This document shows positions 1-8,494 of a stretch of DNA of 64,000 bases, in pieces. A model generated the notes under the pieces. That model saw only the letters and a program-made list of their open reading frames with translations, was not told the origin of the DNA and ran no database searches. The stretch is from positions 1,886 through 65,885 of the forward strand of contig CAYJCR010000004.1 in NCBI GenBank assembly GCA_964368755.1. The letters are read 5' to 3'. The DNA is from an uncultured Lachnospiraceae bacterium (GTDB lineage: Bacteria > Bacillota > Clostridia > Christensenellales > UBA1242). The first letter of the stretch is position 1. Every line of letters starts with the position of its first letter. A program made the translations under genes and the position numbers.

Positions 1-1101
1 GAAAAGAATGCAAATGATGACGATATCAAGTCTGCCTACCGTAAGTTAGCTAAACAATATCATCCCGATGTTAATAAGAGCCCTGACGCTGAAAAGAAGT
101 TCAAGGATATAAGCGAAGCATATGAAGTATTAAGTGATAGTACCAAGCGTAGTAACTATGACCAATATGGTAGTGCTAGTGGCAATCCAAATGACTTCTT
201 CAGAGGCGGTGGATTTGGCAATTATGGCTCGGGCAATGCAGGAGGATTTGGAGGATTTGAAGATATCTTCAGTATGTTCTCCAACTTTGGTGGCAATGGT
301 TCAAGAGCTCAGGCAGAAGTCCAAGGCGAAGACATTGTTGTCGGTGTGACATTATCTTTTGAAGAGGCAGCCTTTGGCTGTACCAAGGAAGTTAATATCA
401 GCCGTGTAGAGAAGTGTAGTTCTTGTAATGGTATTGGTGCTCGCAATGGCACAGCGTACGAGACTTGCCCAGATTGTAAAGGTACTGGTAGAGTCAAGTA
501 TGTCCAAGATACAATATTCGGTAGGGTTGTCAATACAGGTCCATGTAAGCGTTGTGATGGCCGTGGTAAGATTATTAAAGATAAATGCCCAGACTGTAAT
601 GGAAAAGGCTATAAGAAGGTAACTAAGGCTGTCAAGATCAAGATACCAGCAGGTATTGATGACGACCAAGTTATCACTATGCGTGGACAGGGTAGTTCAT
701 CATTCAATGGTGGTCCAGAAGGGGATCTTGTTGTAGAGGTCAAAGTATTGCCACACGCAATGCTCATAAGGGATAAGACTAACTTATATCTTGACCTTCC
801 ATTGCCATTCACTGTTGCATATCTTGGTGGTAAGGTCAATGTCCCTACACTCAATGGGTTGTATGAACTCAATATTCCACCTCTTACTCAACCAAACACA
901 ATATTCAAACTTAAAGGCAAAGGTATCAAAGTACTTAACAAAGATGCCTATGGCGACCTTATTGTTACGGCAAGAGTAGAGATGCCAAAGAATGCTACAA
1001 AGCAAGAGAAGGAACTTATATCCAAACTTGATGAATCTCACGAAGAGAACGATTATGCGAAGACAAAAGCTTATCGAGACAAACTAAGTAAGATAAAATA
1101 G
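1..1101 (+). CDS. dnaJ: Molecular chaperone DnaJ (5' end cut by window edge)
   Basis: Frame 1 is open from base 1. It reads ...[17 protein letters not shown] (J-domain HPD motif), a Gly/Phe linker [22 protein letters not shown], then four CxxCxGxG zinc-finger repeats ([32 protein letters not shown]). Track ORF 274..1101 is the in-frame tail. Confidence 0.95.
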   Translation, partial: EKNANDDDIKSAYRKLAKQYHPDVNKSPDAEKKFKDISEAYEVLSDSTKRSNYDQYGSASGNPNDFFRGGGFGNYGSGNAGGFGGFEDIFSMFSNFGGNGSRAQAEVQGEDIVVGVTLSFEEAAFGCTKEVNISRVEKCSSCNGIGARNGTAYETCPDCKGTGRVKYVQDTIFGRVVNTGPCKRCDGRGKIIKDKCPDCNGKGYKKVTKAVKIKIPAGIDDDQVITMRGQGSSSFNGGPEGDLVVEVKVLPHAMLIRDKTNLYLDLPLPFTVAYLGGKVNVPTLNGLYELNIPPLTQPNTIFKLKGKGIKVLNKDAYGDLIVTARVEMPKNATKQEKELISKLDESHEENDYAKTKAYRDKLSKIK

Positions 1102-1155
1102 ACTACATTGTAGCCTATTTTTTTTGTATATAATCTCTCAAATCTCTAATAACAA

Positions 1156-1184
1156 TTGATTGTTGATGAGTTTTTTGATACAAT
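1156..1184 (+). promoter_or_regulatory. Sigma-A type promoter directly abutting the rsmE start (leaderless candidate)
   Basis: TTGATT (1156-1161), 17 nt spacer, TACAAT (1179-1184) preceded by TGA (extended -10). The ATG at 1191 is only 6 nt after the -10 and has no Shine-Dalgarno. Confidence 0.55.
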
Positions 1185-1190
1185 ACTCAT

Positions 1191-1898
1191 ATGAATAGAT
1201 TTTTTGTAGAAAATGTTGGAAAAACCAACAAAATTGATATAGTGGGCGAAGAGTACAATCATCTTGCTAGAGTCCTTAGACTCAAAGTCGGAGATAGGGT
1301 TGAGTGTCTAGATGGAAGCAACTTGATCTATGAATGCGAACTTACTCTCATAGATAAGAGTCATGCAGAAGCACGTGTTGTATCTGCAAGAGCCAATGAA
1401 GCCAATCCTAAGTGTAGTGTGACATTATTCCAAGGCTTGCCTAAGGGAGACAAACTTGAACTTATTGTACAGAAAGTGTCTGAACTCGGAGTATCTTCGG
1501 TCATACCTTTTGAGTCGAAGTTTTGTATAGCCAAAAGCAATGACAACAAGATTGACAGAATCAATAAGATAGCAATAGGTGCTTGTAAGCAATGTGGCAG
1601 AAGTATTCCACTACAAGTATCGCCAACAATCTCATTCGATGAGATGATCAAGATTTTGTCTCAATATGATACTGTATTATTTGCGTATGAGAATGAGACT
1701 GGTTCTAGTCCTATCCAACCCGTGGGCAGAGTAGCGATCATTGTAGGTAGTGAGGGAGGCTTCAGTGAGCAAGAAAGTAGTAGACTCAAAGATGTCTCTA
1801 CTTGCATATCTTTGGGGTCAAGAATACTTAGGACTGAGACGGCGGCAATAGCACTCGCTAGTATCGTCCTCAATAAGATGGGAGAACTAGGCAGATGA
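1191..1898 (+). CDS. rsmE: 16S rRNA (uracil1498-N3)-methyltransferase RsmE
   Basis: 235 aa with MNRFFV... N-terminus, RLKVGD PUA-like region and IIVGSEGGFSEQE C-terminal SPOUT motif. Sits after dnaJ and before mtaB as in B. subtilis yqeU. Confidence 0.85.
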   Translation: MNRFFVENVGKTNKIDIVGEEYNHLARVLRLKVGDRVECLDGSNLIYECELTLIDKSHAEARVVSARANEANPKCSVTLFQGLPKGDKLELIVQKVSELGVSSVIPFESKFCIAKSNDNKIDRINKIAIGACKQCGRSIPLQVSPTISFDEMIKILSQYDTVLFAYENETGSSPIQPVGRVAIIVGSEGGFSEQESSRLKDVSTCISLGSRILRTETAAIALASIVLNKMGELGR

Positions 1899-3136
1899 AG
1901 ATATGCGTATTCAATCTTGGTTGCAAAGTCAATCAATACGAGAATGATGTGATAATACAACAACTAAGCAAACAACACGATATTGTTACCAATCTTGAAC
2001 CAGCAGACTACTATATTGTCAACACCTGTGCTGTAACTAATGAGGCTGAGAAGAAGAGTAGACAGATAGTCGCTAGGATAGCCAAACTCAATCCTCAAGC
2101 ACCAATATTTATGTGTGGCTGTGCTGTTGAGAAGAATCCAAAACAGTTCGCTGATAAACACAATGTTGTGGCTGTGTTGGGGACAGTTGGCAAGAATAAT
2201 ATACACAATCTAGTTGGTGAGCATGGTGACTTTGTCAAACCTCTTGATAAAGTATATGAAGAGGGACAGTCATTGTCGCTTAGGACTAGATCATATATCA
2301 AAGTACAAGATGGATGTAACAATTATTGTTCTTATTGTATTATTCCTTACTTGCGAGGTTATAGCAGGTCAAGGGAATTATGTGAAGTCCACAAAGAAGC
2401 AAGCAGACTATCAGAACACTCCAAGGAACTTGTTCTTGTTGGTATCAACTTGTCAGATTATAGAGTGGATAACAAACTTGCGCTTATTGACCTTATCGAG
2501 AGTCTGCAAGATATCCATAGCAGGATAAGGCTTGGCTCATTGGAAGTCAATGTTATTACTGAGGACTTCCTTGATAGATTGTCCAAGATTGCTAACTTCT
2601 GCCCACACTTTCATCTATCTCTTCAGAGTGGTAGTGATAATGTGTTAAAGAAGATGAATAGACACTATACAAGACAGGAATATATTGATAAATGCAAGAT
2701 GATATATAATACTTTTCCCAATGCGTCTATTACAACAGATATCATTGTTGGATTCCCATTGGAGACTGAAGAAGACTTTGAAGACACTCTAGATATAGTG
2801 AGACAAGTAGGATTTTTGTCAGTACATTACTTTGCTTATTCTTCACGTACGGGGACTGTTGCTAGTAGATACAAAGTTCTGCCTGGCGATGTTATCAAGG
2901 ATAGAGAACATAGGCTAGATGCTGTAGCTTCCAAGAGCCAGAATGATTACCTTATGGAGCATATCAACGAGCCACTTCAAGTCCTTGTTGAGGATAGAGA
3001 AGGCGAGTATATGGTCGGTTATAGTAGCAATTATATCAAATGCTACTTGCCACTTAGCTATAAGCCAAACACATTGTATAATGTAAGACCTATAAAAATA
3101 TTTGACGGCGGATATATTGCCGAATTGGAGGATTAA
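1895..3136 (+). CDS. mtaB: tRNA (t6A37) methylthiotransferase MtaB (MiaB-like radical SAM)
   Basis: N-terminal UPF0004 domain (KICVFNLGCKVNQYEND), radical-SAM CxxxCxxC (GCNNYCSYCIIPYLRG) and a C-terminal TRAM-like region. ATGA overlap with the rsmE stop. Confidence 0.8.
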   Translation: MKICVFNLGCKVNQYENDVIIQQLSKQHDIVTNLEPADYYIVNTCAVTNEAEKKSRQIVARIAKLNPQAPIFMCGCAVEKNPKQFADKHNVVAVLGTVGKNNIHNLVGEHGDFVKPLDKVYEEGQSLSLRTRSYIKVQDGCNNYCSYCIIPYLRGYSRSRELCEVHKEASRLSEHSKELVLVGINLSDYRVDNKLALIDLIESLQDIHSRIRLGSLEVNVITEDFLDRLSKIANFCPHFHLSLQSGSDNVLKKMNRHYTRQEYIDKCKMIYNTFPNASITTDIIVGFPLETEEDFEDTLDIVRQVGFLSVHYFAYSSRTGTVASRYKVLPGDVIKDREHRLDAVASKSQNDYLMEHINEPLQVLVEDREGEYMVGYSSNYIKCYLPLSYKPNTLYNVRPIKIFDGGYIAELED

Positions 3137-3138
3137 GT

Positions 3139-3540
3139 ATGTGTATATTTTGTAGTATAATAGAAGGGAAGATACCTTGTTATAAGATATATGAAGATGA
3201 CAAAGTACTTGCATTTTTGGATATCGCACAGGAGACTTGTGGACATACAGTAGTAGTGACCAAGAATCATTACAAAGATATGACAGAGATTCCTGATGAA
3301 GAATTGACCCATATGATAACGGTCGTTAAGAAGATCTCTCAGCATTATATTGGCGATCTTGCATATGATGGTGTTAATATTGTCAATAATTGCAAGCCTA
3401 GTGCAGGTCAAAGTGTAGATCATATACATTTTCATATATTGCCAAGAACGACAGGTGATAATAAGAAACTAGCGATCTCCCCAGTATCGACCTCAAAAGT
3501 TGATCTTCAAGCCATTCAGCAAAAGTTGAAGATGTTATAA
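3139..3540 (+). CDS. HIT-family (histidine triad) nucleotide hydrolase
   Basis: 133 aa with MCIFCSIIEGKIP N-terminus and histidine triad VDHIHFHILPR. Confidence 0.85.
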   Translation: MCIFCSIIEGKIPCYKIYEDDKVLAFLDIAQETCGHTVVVTKNHYKDMTEIPDEELTHMITVVKKISQHYIGDLAYDGVNIVNNCKPSAGQSVDHIHFHILPRTTGDNKKLAISPVSTSKVDLQAIQQKLKML

Positions 3541-3584
3541 GGGTTAGTAAGCAAAGTTTTGGCAAAGAAAATGTAATATTTTTC

Positions 3585-3613
3585 TTGACAAATGACGATA
3601 ATTGATATATTAT
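3585..3613 (+). promoter_or_regulatory. Sigma-A type promoter upstream of rpsU
   Basis: TTGACA (3585-3590), 17 nt spacer, TATTAT (3608-3613). Confidence 0.5.
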
Positions 3614-3672
3614 TTAGGAGCAAAAGAAAAATCTAAGTTTTTAATATCTATGCGGAAGGTGGTGAATAACAA

Positions 3673-3849
3673 ATGTCAACAGTTAAAGTTGGTGAGAACG
3701 AGAATCTTGAATCTGCTCTCAAGAGATTTAAGAGAAAGTGTCAAAAAGATGGCATTATCGGTGACCTTCGCAAGAAAGAGGCTTATGAGAAGCCAAGTGT
3801 TAAGAGAAAGAAGAAGGCAGAAGCAGCTCGTAAGAGAAATAGAAAATAA
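3673..3849 (+). CDS. rpsU: 30S ribosomal protein S21
   Basis: My own translation gives [58 protein letters not shown] (58 aa, below the ORF-track length cut-off). RBS GGTGGTGA lies upstream. The sequence is a typical S21. The overlapping track ORF 3602..3916 is in another frame and is rejected. Confidence 0.9.
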   Translation: MSTVKVGENENLESALKRFKRKCQKDGIIGDLRKKEAYEKPSVKRKKKAEAARKRNRK

Positions 3850-3856
3850 TAGAATT

Positions 3857-3884
3857 AGATGTTGGTTATCCAGCATCTTTTTTT
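3857..3884 (+). terminator. Intrinsic terminator after rpsU
   Basis: Stem AGATGTTGG / CCAGCATCT (one G-U pair), loop TTAT, followed by a T-run. Confidence 0.7.
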
Positions 3885-3916
3885 ATCAAATATATATTTT
3901 TTCATATCGTTTATGA

Positions 3917-3945
3917 TTGCAAAAAAATGGGCTTTTTGGTACAAT
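3917..3945 (+). promoter_or_regulatory. Sigma-A type promoter abutting the pcrA start (leaderless candidate)
   Basis: TTGCAA (3917-3922), 17 nt spacer, TGgTACAAT extended -10 (hexamer 3940-3945). The ATG at 3953 is 7 nt downstream with no SD. The TTG used as start by the ORF track is the -35 box. Confidence 0.55.
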
Positions 3946-3952
3946 CATACAT

Positions 3953-6169
3953 ATGAGCAAATACGACATAACCGAACTTAATAACGAGCAACTTGCACCC
4001 CTTCAACATACAGAAGGCCCCGTGCTTGTTACAGCAGGCGCTGGGAGTGGTAAGACCAGACTCCTCACGCACCGTATAGTATATCTTATCCAAGAGAAGG
4101 GTATACTTCCTAGCAATATCTTAGCAATAACCTTCACTAACAAAGCAGCCAACGAGATGAAAGAACGTATAGAGAGTATGGTAGAAGATGGCGATAAGAT
4201 ATGGATATCTACATTCCATTCTATGTGTTGTAAGATACTTAGGAAGAATATAAAGAATCTCGATGGGTTTGATTCCAATTTTAGTATATATTCTGAGAGT
4301 GACAAGGACAAAGCGATCAAGTCGATAATAGAGAAGATGGACTTGAGTGTAGAAGACTACAAGAACGAGGCTGGTTATCATATCTCCAATGCAAAGAATG
4401 AGAACTTATCACCTTGGGATTATCAGAAGTTTAATCAGTACACAAAAGATATAGACATCTATACCAAGATTTATGCTGCATATCAGCAGTATCTCAAGAG
4501 TAACAACTCTCTAGACTTCGATGACCTACTTGTCAAAGTCTATGAGTTATTTGTTAACTGCCCAGATATTCTTAGCCATTATCAGAATAGATTCGAGTAT
4601 ATCTTTGTAGATGAGTTCCAAGATACCAACACAATACAGTATTTGATAGTCAAACTCCTTGCTAGCAAATCACAGAATATCTTTGTGGTAGGAGATGAGG
4701 ATCAGTGTATCTACGGCTGGAGAGGAGCAAACATTAACAATATCTTGAGTTTCAAAAAAGATTTTCCTAATTGTAAGATATACAAGCTTGAACAGAACTA
4801 TCGTAGTACAAAACAGATTCTTAATGCTGGCAACAACCTTATCAAGAACAACTCTAGTAGGTTGCAGAAAGTACTTTGGACTTCCAACGTCGAAGGAGTC
4901 AAAGTTGACAACTTCCTTGCAAGCAACGAGAGTGATGAGGCTGAGTTTGTTGCCAATACTATCCATACACTAGTTGATAACAATGGCTACAAATATAGCG
5001 ATTTTGCCGTTCTTATGCGTCTTAATGCACTTACAAGACCTTTTGAGGAGGCCTTCCTCAAATACAATATTCCACATAGAATATTCGGTGGGTTCAAGTT
5101 CTTTGAACGTCAAGAGATCAAAGATATCATCGCTTACCTTAGAGTTTTCGTCAATCCTCAAGACTCAACATCGTTGTTCCGTATCATCAATGTGCCAAAG
5201 CGTGGTATAGGAGATGGGACAATAAGAGATCTTAACGAGCTTACTGAGATACACTCAGTATCTCCACTCAATCTTATATTCAATTGCGATGAGTTTATGC
5301 TAAGTGAGTCTTTTGTGCGTAAGATTTCTCCATTCAGAGATATATTGCAAGAACTAGATGAAGCTTATCACAAACTTCCACCCAAAGATTTTGTTGAACT
5401 TGTTATCAAACGTACTGGTATGAGAACAAGTTATGAGATGAACTCCGAGGATAATATCAACAAAGTACTCAACATTGATGCTTTTGTGCAATCGGTATCA
5501 GAGTACTTCGAAGCGAATCCGAATATGACTCTTGTTGATTACCTTGAGAGTATAACGCTTATTAGTGATATAGATAGTTACGATGACCAGAACAATGCAG
5601 TTGCTATTGCAACAGTCCATTCTGCTAAGGGACTTGAGTTCAGAGTAGTGTTCATTGTAGGTCTTGAAGAGAAGTATTTCCCAATAATGCGTAGCAATGG
5701 GTCTAGCGATATGGAAGAAGAGCGTAGGCTTATGTATGTTGCTATAACTAGAGCCAAAGAGAGATTGTATCTCACTCGATGTCGTACAAGATTTATGTAT
5801 GGTAAGCGTGACTATTGCGTTGATTCGAGATTCCTCAAAGAATGTGGTGCTCTTGAAGATAAGCCTGCTCGTAGTTATGATAGCAAACCTTATCAACAAG
5901 CCTTCCAGCCATTTGGGACCAAAGTCAGCTTCAGCCTTGACAATATGTCTCAATCTAAGCCTCAGGCAAATACACAAGGTACCAAGAATATTGAAGACTT
6001 TGGGGTAGGCAAGCAAGTCTTGCACACTAAGTTCGGTGTTGGTACTATCAAGTCAGTTGATACATTAGGTAGGTGTTTGACGGTGGATTTTGGTGGATAT
6101 GGTGCCAAGACACTTCTTATTGACTATGCTCCTATCAAAGTAATCAATGCAGAAGATGGAATTGAATAA
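3953..6169 (+). CDS. pcrA: ATP-dependent DNA helicase PcrA (UvrD family)
   Basis: Walker A AGAGSGKT, motif II DEFQDTN, VHSAKGLEF, and a C-terminal Tudor-like tail. Start chosen at MSKYDITELN (ATG 3953) instead of the track TTG at 3917. Followed by ligA as in Bacillus. Confidence 0.9.
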   Translation: MSKYDITELNNEQLAPLQHTEGPVLVTAGAGSGKTRLLTHRIVYLIQEKGILPSNILAITFTNKAANEMKERIESMVEDGDKIWISTFHSMCCKILRKNIKNLDGFDSNFSIYSESDKDKAIKSIIEKMDLSVEDYKNEAGYHISNAKNENLSPWDYQKFNQYTKDIDIYTKIYAAYQQYLKSNNSLDFDDLLVKVYELFVNCPDILSHYQNRFEYIFVDEFQDTNTIQYLIVKLLASKSQNIFVVGDEDQCIYGWRGANINNILSFKKDFPNCKIYKLEQNYRSTKQILNAGNNLIKNNSSRLQKVLWTSNVEGVKVDNFLASNESDEAEFVANTIHTLVDNNGYKYSDFAVLMRLNALTRPFEEAFLKYNIPHRIFGGFKFFERQEIKDIIAYLRVFVNPQDSTSLFRIINVPKRGIGDGTIRDLNELTEIHSVSPLNLIFNCDEFMLSESFVRKISPFRDILQELDEAYHKLPPKDFVELVIKRTGMRTSYEMNSEDNINKVLNIDAFVQSVSEYFEANPNMTLVDYLESITLISDIDSYDDQNNAVAIATVHSAKGLEFRVVFIVGLEEKYFPIMRSNGSSDMEEERRLMYVAITRAKERLYLTRCRTRFMYGKRDYCVDSRFLKECGALEDKPARSYDSKPYQQAFQPFGTKVSFSLDNMSQSKPQANTQGTKNIEDFGVGKQVLHTKFGVGTIKSVDTLGRCLTVDFGGYGAKTLLIDYAPIKVINAEDGIE

Positions 6170-6189
6170 ATAATTAAGGAGGTCGCATT

Positions 6190-8127
6190 ATGGATAGACA
6201 AGAATGGCTCGTAGACAAACTCAATGAGTATATTTATCATTACTATGTGTTAGACAAACCACTTGTACCTGATGCGACTTTTGATAAACTATATTATGAG
6301 CTAGTTGATATCGAGAAGAAGACTGGGGTTATATTGCCCAACTCTCCAACCCAAACTGTTGGAGCAGTAGTTGCCAAAGGTTTCAAGAAAGTTACCCATC
6401 AACAGAAGTTATATAGTCTAGACAAATGCAACAGCCTTGAAGAGTTGTCTAGTTGGTTAGATGGTATAGACAAGTATGGCAAGACAGACTTTACGTTAGA
6501 ATACAAGTTCGATGGGCTTAGACTTGCCCTTATATATCGAGATGGATACCTTGTCAATGCTGCTACGCGTGGCAATGGTGTAGTAGGAGAAGATGTTACA
6601 GCACAAGTAAGGACTATCAAGAGTGTGCCTAAGACTATTCCGTACAAAGGCAATCTCACGGTTCAGGGCGAGGGGCTTATTACAATTACCAACCTCAACA
6701 AATACAACAAGACGGCTACTGAGAAACTTAAGAATGCACGTAATGCGGCGGCAGGTGCTATAAGGAACCTTGATCCAAGTGTCACAGCAAGTCGTAACCT
6801 TGATATATGTTTTTATGATATCGTCGTATGTGATAGAGACTTTGAGTCTCAAGTAGAAGTTCATGAGTTCTTACATGACAACGGGTTCTTGACAAGCGAT
6901 TATTTTCATATAGTCCAAAATGACAAGCGCCTTCAAGACCTTATACGCGAGGTAGATAAGGTCAAGTCCAAACTTGATATCTTAATCGACGGTATGGTTA
7001 TCAAAGTCAACAAGATGCGTTTGCGTGACGAGATTGGGCATACAATCAAGTTTCCTAAATGGGCTATTGCATATAAGTTCGAAGCCCAAGAGACTGCTAG
7101 TATCCTAAGAGATGTATTGTGGCAGGTGGGTAGGACTGGTAAGATAACGCCTATTGCTGTCCTTGATCCGGTTGAGCTTGCTGGAGCAACAGTTACTCGT
7201 GCTACGCTTAACAATTATGAAGAGATACTTAAGAAGAAAGTAAGTATTGGGAGTTCGGTATTTGTTCGTAGAAGCAATGAGGTCATACCAGAAGTGCTTG
7301 GACTCGCAGAAGAATATCCCGAGTCTCGACCTGTTGATAAGATAGAGACTTGTCCTTGTTGTGGTGCAAAGCTTACAACGATAGGACCTAACCTATTCTG
7401 TTCCAACACTACTGGCTGTATAGATCAGATAGTTGGTCTTATCAGTTATTTTGCAACAAGAGACTGTATGAATATTGAGGGACTTAGCGATAAGACAATC
7501 GAGGTGTTGCACAAAGAATGTGGAGTGAATACCGTTGCTGACTTATACAAGTTGCAACCTAGCGATATGCAAGGGCTTGAAGGATTCAAAGATAAGAAGA
7601 TAACCAACTTGCTCCAATCAATAGACAAGTCTAAGACTCCAACGCTTGCGCACTTTATCTGTGCATTGAGTATTCCTGGTGTTGGCAAGAAAGCTTCTGC
7701 TGACTTAGCGAAGAAATTTGGCTCCCTAGATGCATTGAGGGGAGCAACAGTTGAAGAATTGGCAAGATTGCAAGATATAGGTCAGATAACTGCTAACAAT
7801 ATAGTTGAATATTTTGCAAGCCCTAAGAGTATCCAACTCATTCAAGAGTTGTTTGGTGCTGGAGTTGTTATTCAAAAAGGTGCTGTGGTTCAAAAAAGTG
7901 CATTTTCTAACCTCAAAGTTGTCCTTACTGGTTCTTTGACAAACTTCGGCAGAAGTGAGTTAACGGACAAGTTGACCTCGTTAGGTGCTGATGTTGTGAG
8001 CTCAGTGTCCAAGAATACAGACCTAGTTATTGCTGGGGAGTCTGCTGGATCCAAGCTCGACAAAGCCAAAGCGTTCGGTATCAAGATTATTGATGAAAAT
8101 CAGCTTTTGGAGATGCTCAATCAGTAA
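6190..8127 (+). CDS. ligA: NAD-dependent DNA ligase LigA
   Basis: Adenylation motif EYKFDGLRL (KxDG), Zn finger CPCCGAKL...C, HhH region and C-terminal BRCT (VVLTGSL...). RBS AAGGAGG. Confidence 0.95.
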   Translation: MDRQEWLVDKLNEYIYHYYVLDKPLVPDATFDKLYYELVDIEKKTGVILPNSPTQTVGAVVAKGFKKVTHQQKLYSLDKCNSLEELSSWLDGIDKYGKTDFTLEYKFDGLRLALIYRDGYLVNAATRGNGVVGEDVTAQVRTIKSVPKTIPYKGNLTVQGEGLITITNLNKYNKTATEKLKNARNAAAGAIRNLDPSVTASRNLDICFYDIVVCDRDFESQVEVHEFLHDNGFLTSDYFHIVQNDKRLQDLIREVDKVKSKLDILIDGMVIKVNKMRLRDEIGHTIKFPKWAIAYKFEAQETASILRDVLWQVGRTGKITPIAVLDPVELAGATVTRATLNNYEEILKKKVSIGSSVFVRRSNEVIPEVLGLAEEYPESRPVDKIETCPCCGAKLTTIGPNLFCSNTTGCIDQIVGLISYFATRDCMNIEGLSDKTIEVLHKECGVNTVADLYKLQPSDMQGLEGFKDKKITNLLQSIDKSKTPTLAHFICALSIPGVGKKASADLAKKFGSLDALRGATVEELARLQDIGQITANNIVEYFASPKSIQLIQELFGAGVVIQKGAVVQKSAFSNLKVVLTGSLTNFGRSELTDKLTSLGADVVSSVSKNTDLVIAGESAGSKLDKAKAFGIKIIDENQLLEMLNQ

Positions 8128-8268
8128 GATAAGTTCATTTGTAACCAATAATCCGATTGATTTGCAATAGCACATAATTATATTATTTATTAATATATAC
8201 TTGCATTTTGCGAATATGTGTGTTAAACTAACGGAGTCAAAAAAATATTTACATCGAGGTGTTAAAGT

Positions 8269-8481
8269 ATGTCAATGTTATATCCAGAGATTGAGAAATT
8301 GTCAGAGAAAGTTGGTAACGACTACATTCTTTCTTGTGTTGTAGGCAAGCGTGCCAAAGAACTTGAGAAGAAGATACCAGAAGTTATCGAGAACTCTCCA
8401 GACAAAGCTATATCAATCGCAGCCAAAGAGATTGCTGAAGGTAAGATTGTTCCATCCAATGTTGATGATAGCAATAATTAA
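8269..8481 (+). CDS. rpoZ: DNA-directed RNA polymerase subunit omega
   Basis: 70 aa, MSMLYPEIEKLSEKVGNDYILSCVVGKRAKEL..., typical Firmicute omega. Lies upstream of priA. Confidence 0.8.
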   Translation: MSMLYPEIEKLSEKVGNDYILSCVVGKRAKELEKKIPEVIENSPDKAISIAAKEIAEGKIVPSNVDDSNN

Positions 8482-8494
8482 ATAAAGGCAGAGT

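Noticed and set aside
3602-3916. 104-aa + strand ORF from the track
   Set aside because: It overlaps rpsU (3673-3849) in a different frame and runs through the rpsU terminator. The S21 translation is unmistakable, so this ORF is spurious.
5498-6025. 175-aa minus-strand ORF
   Set aside because: It is antisense to the pcrA C-terminal region and has no independent signals.
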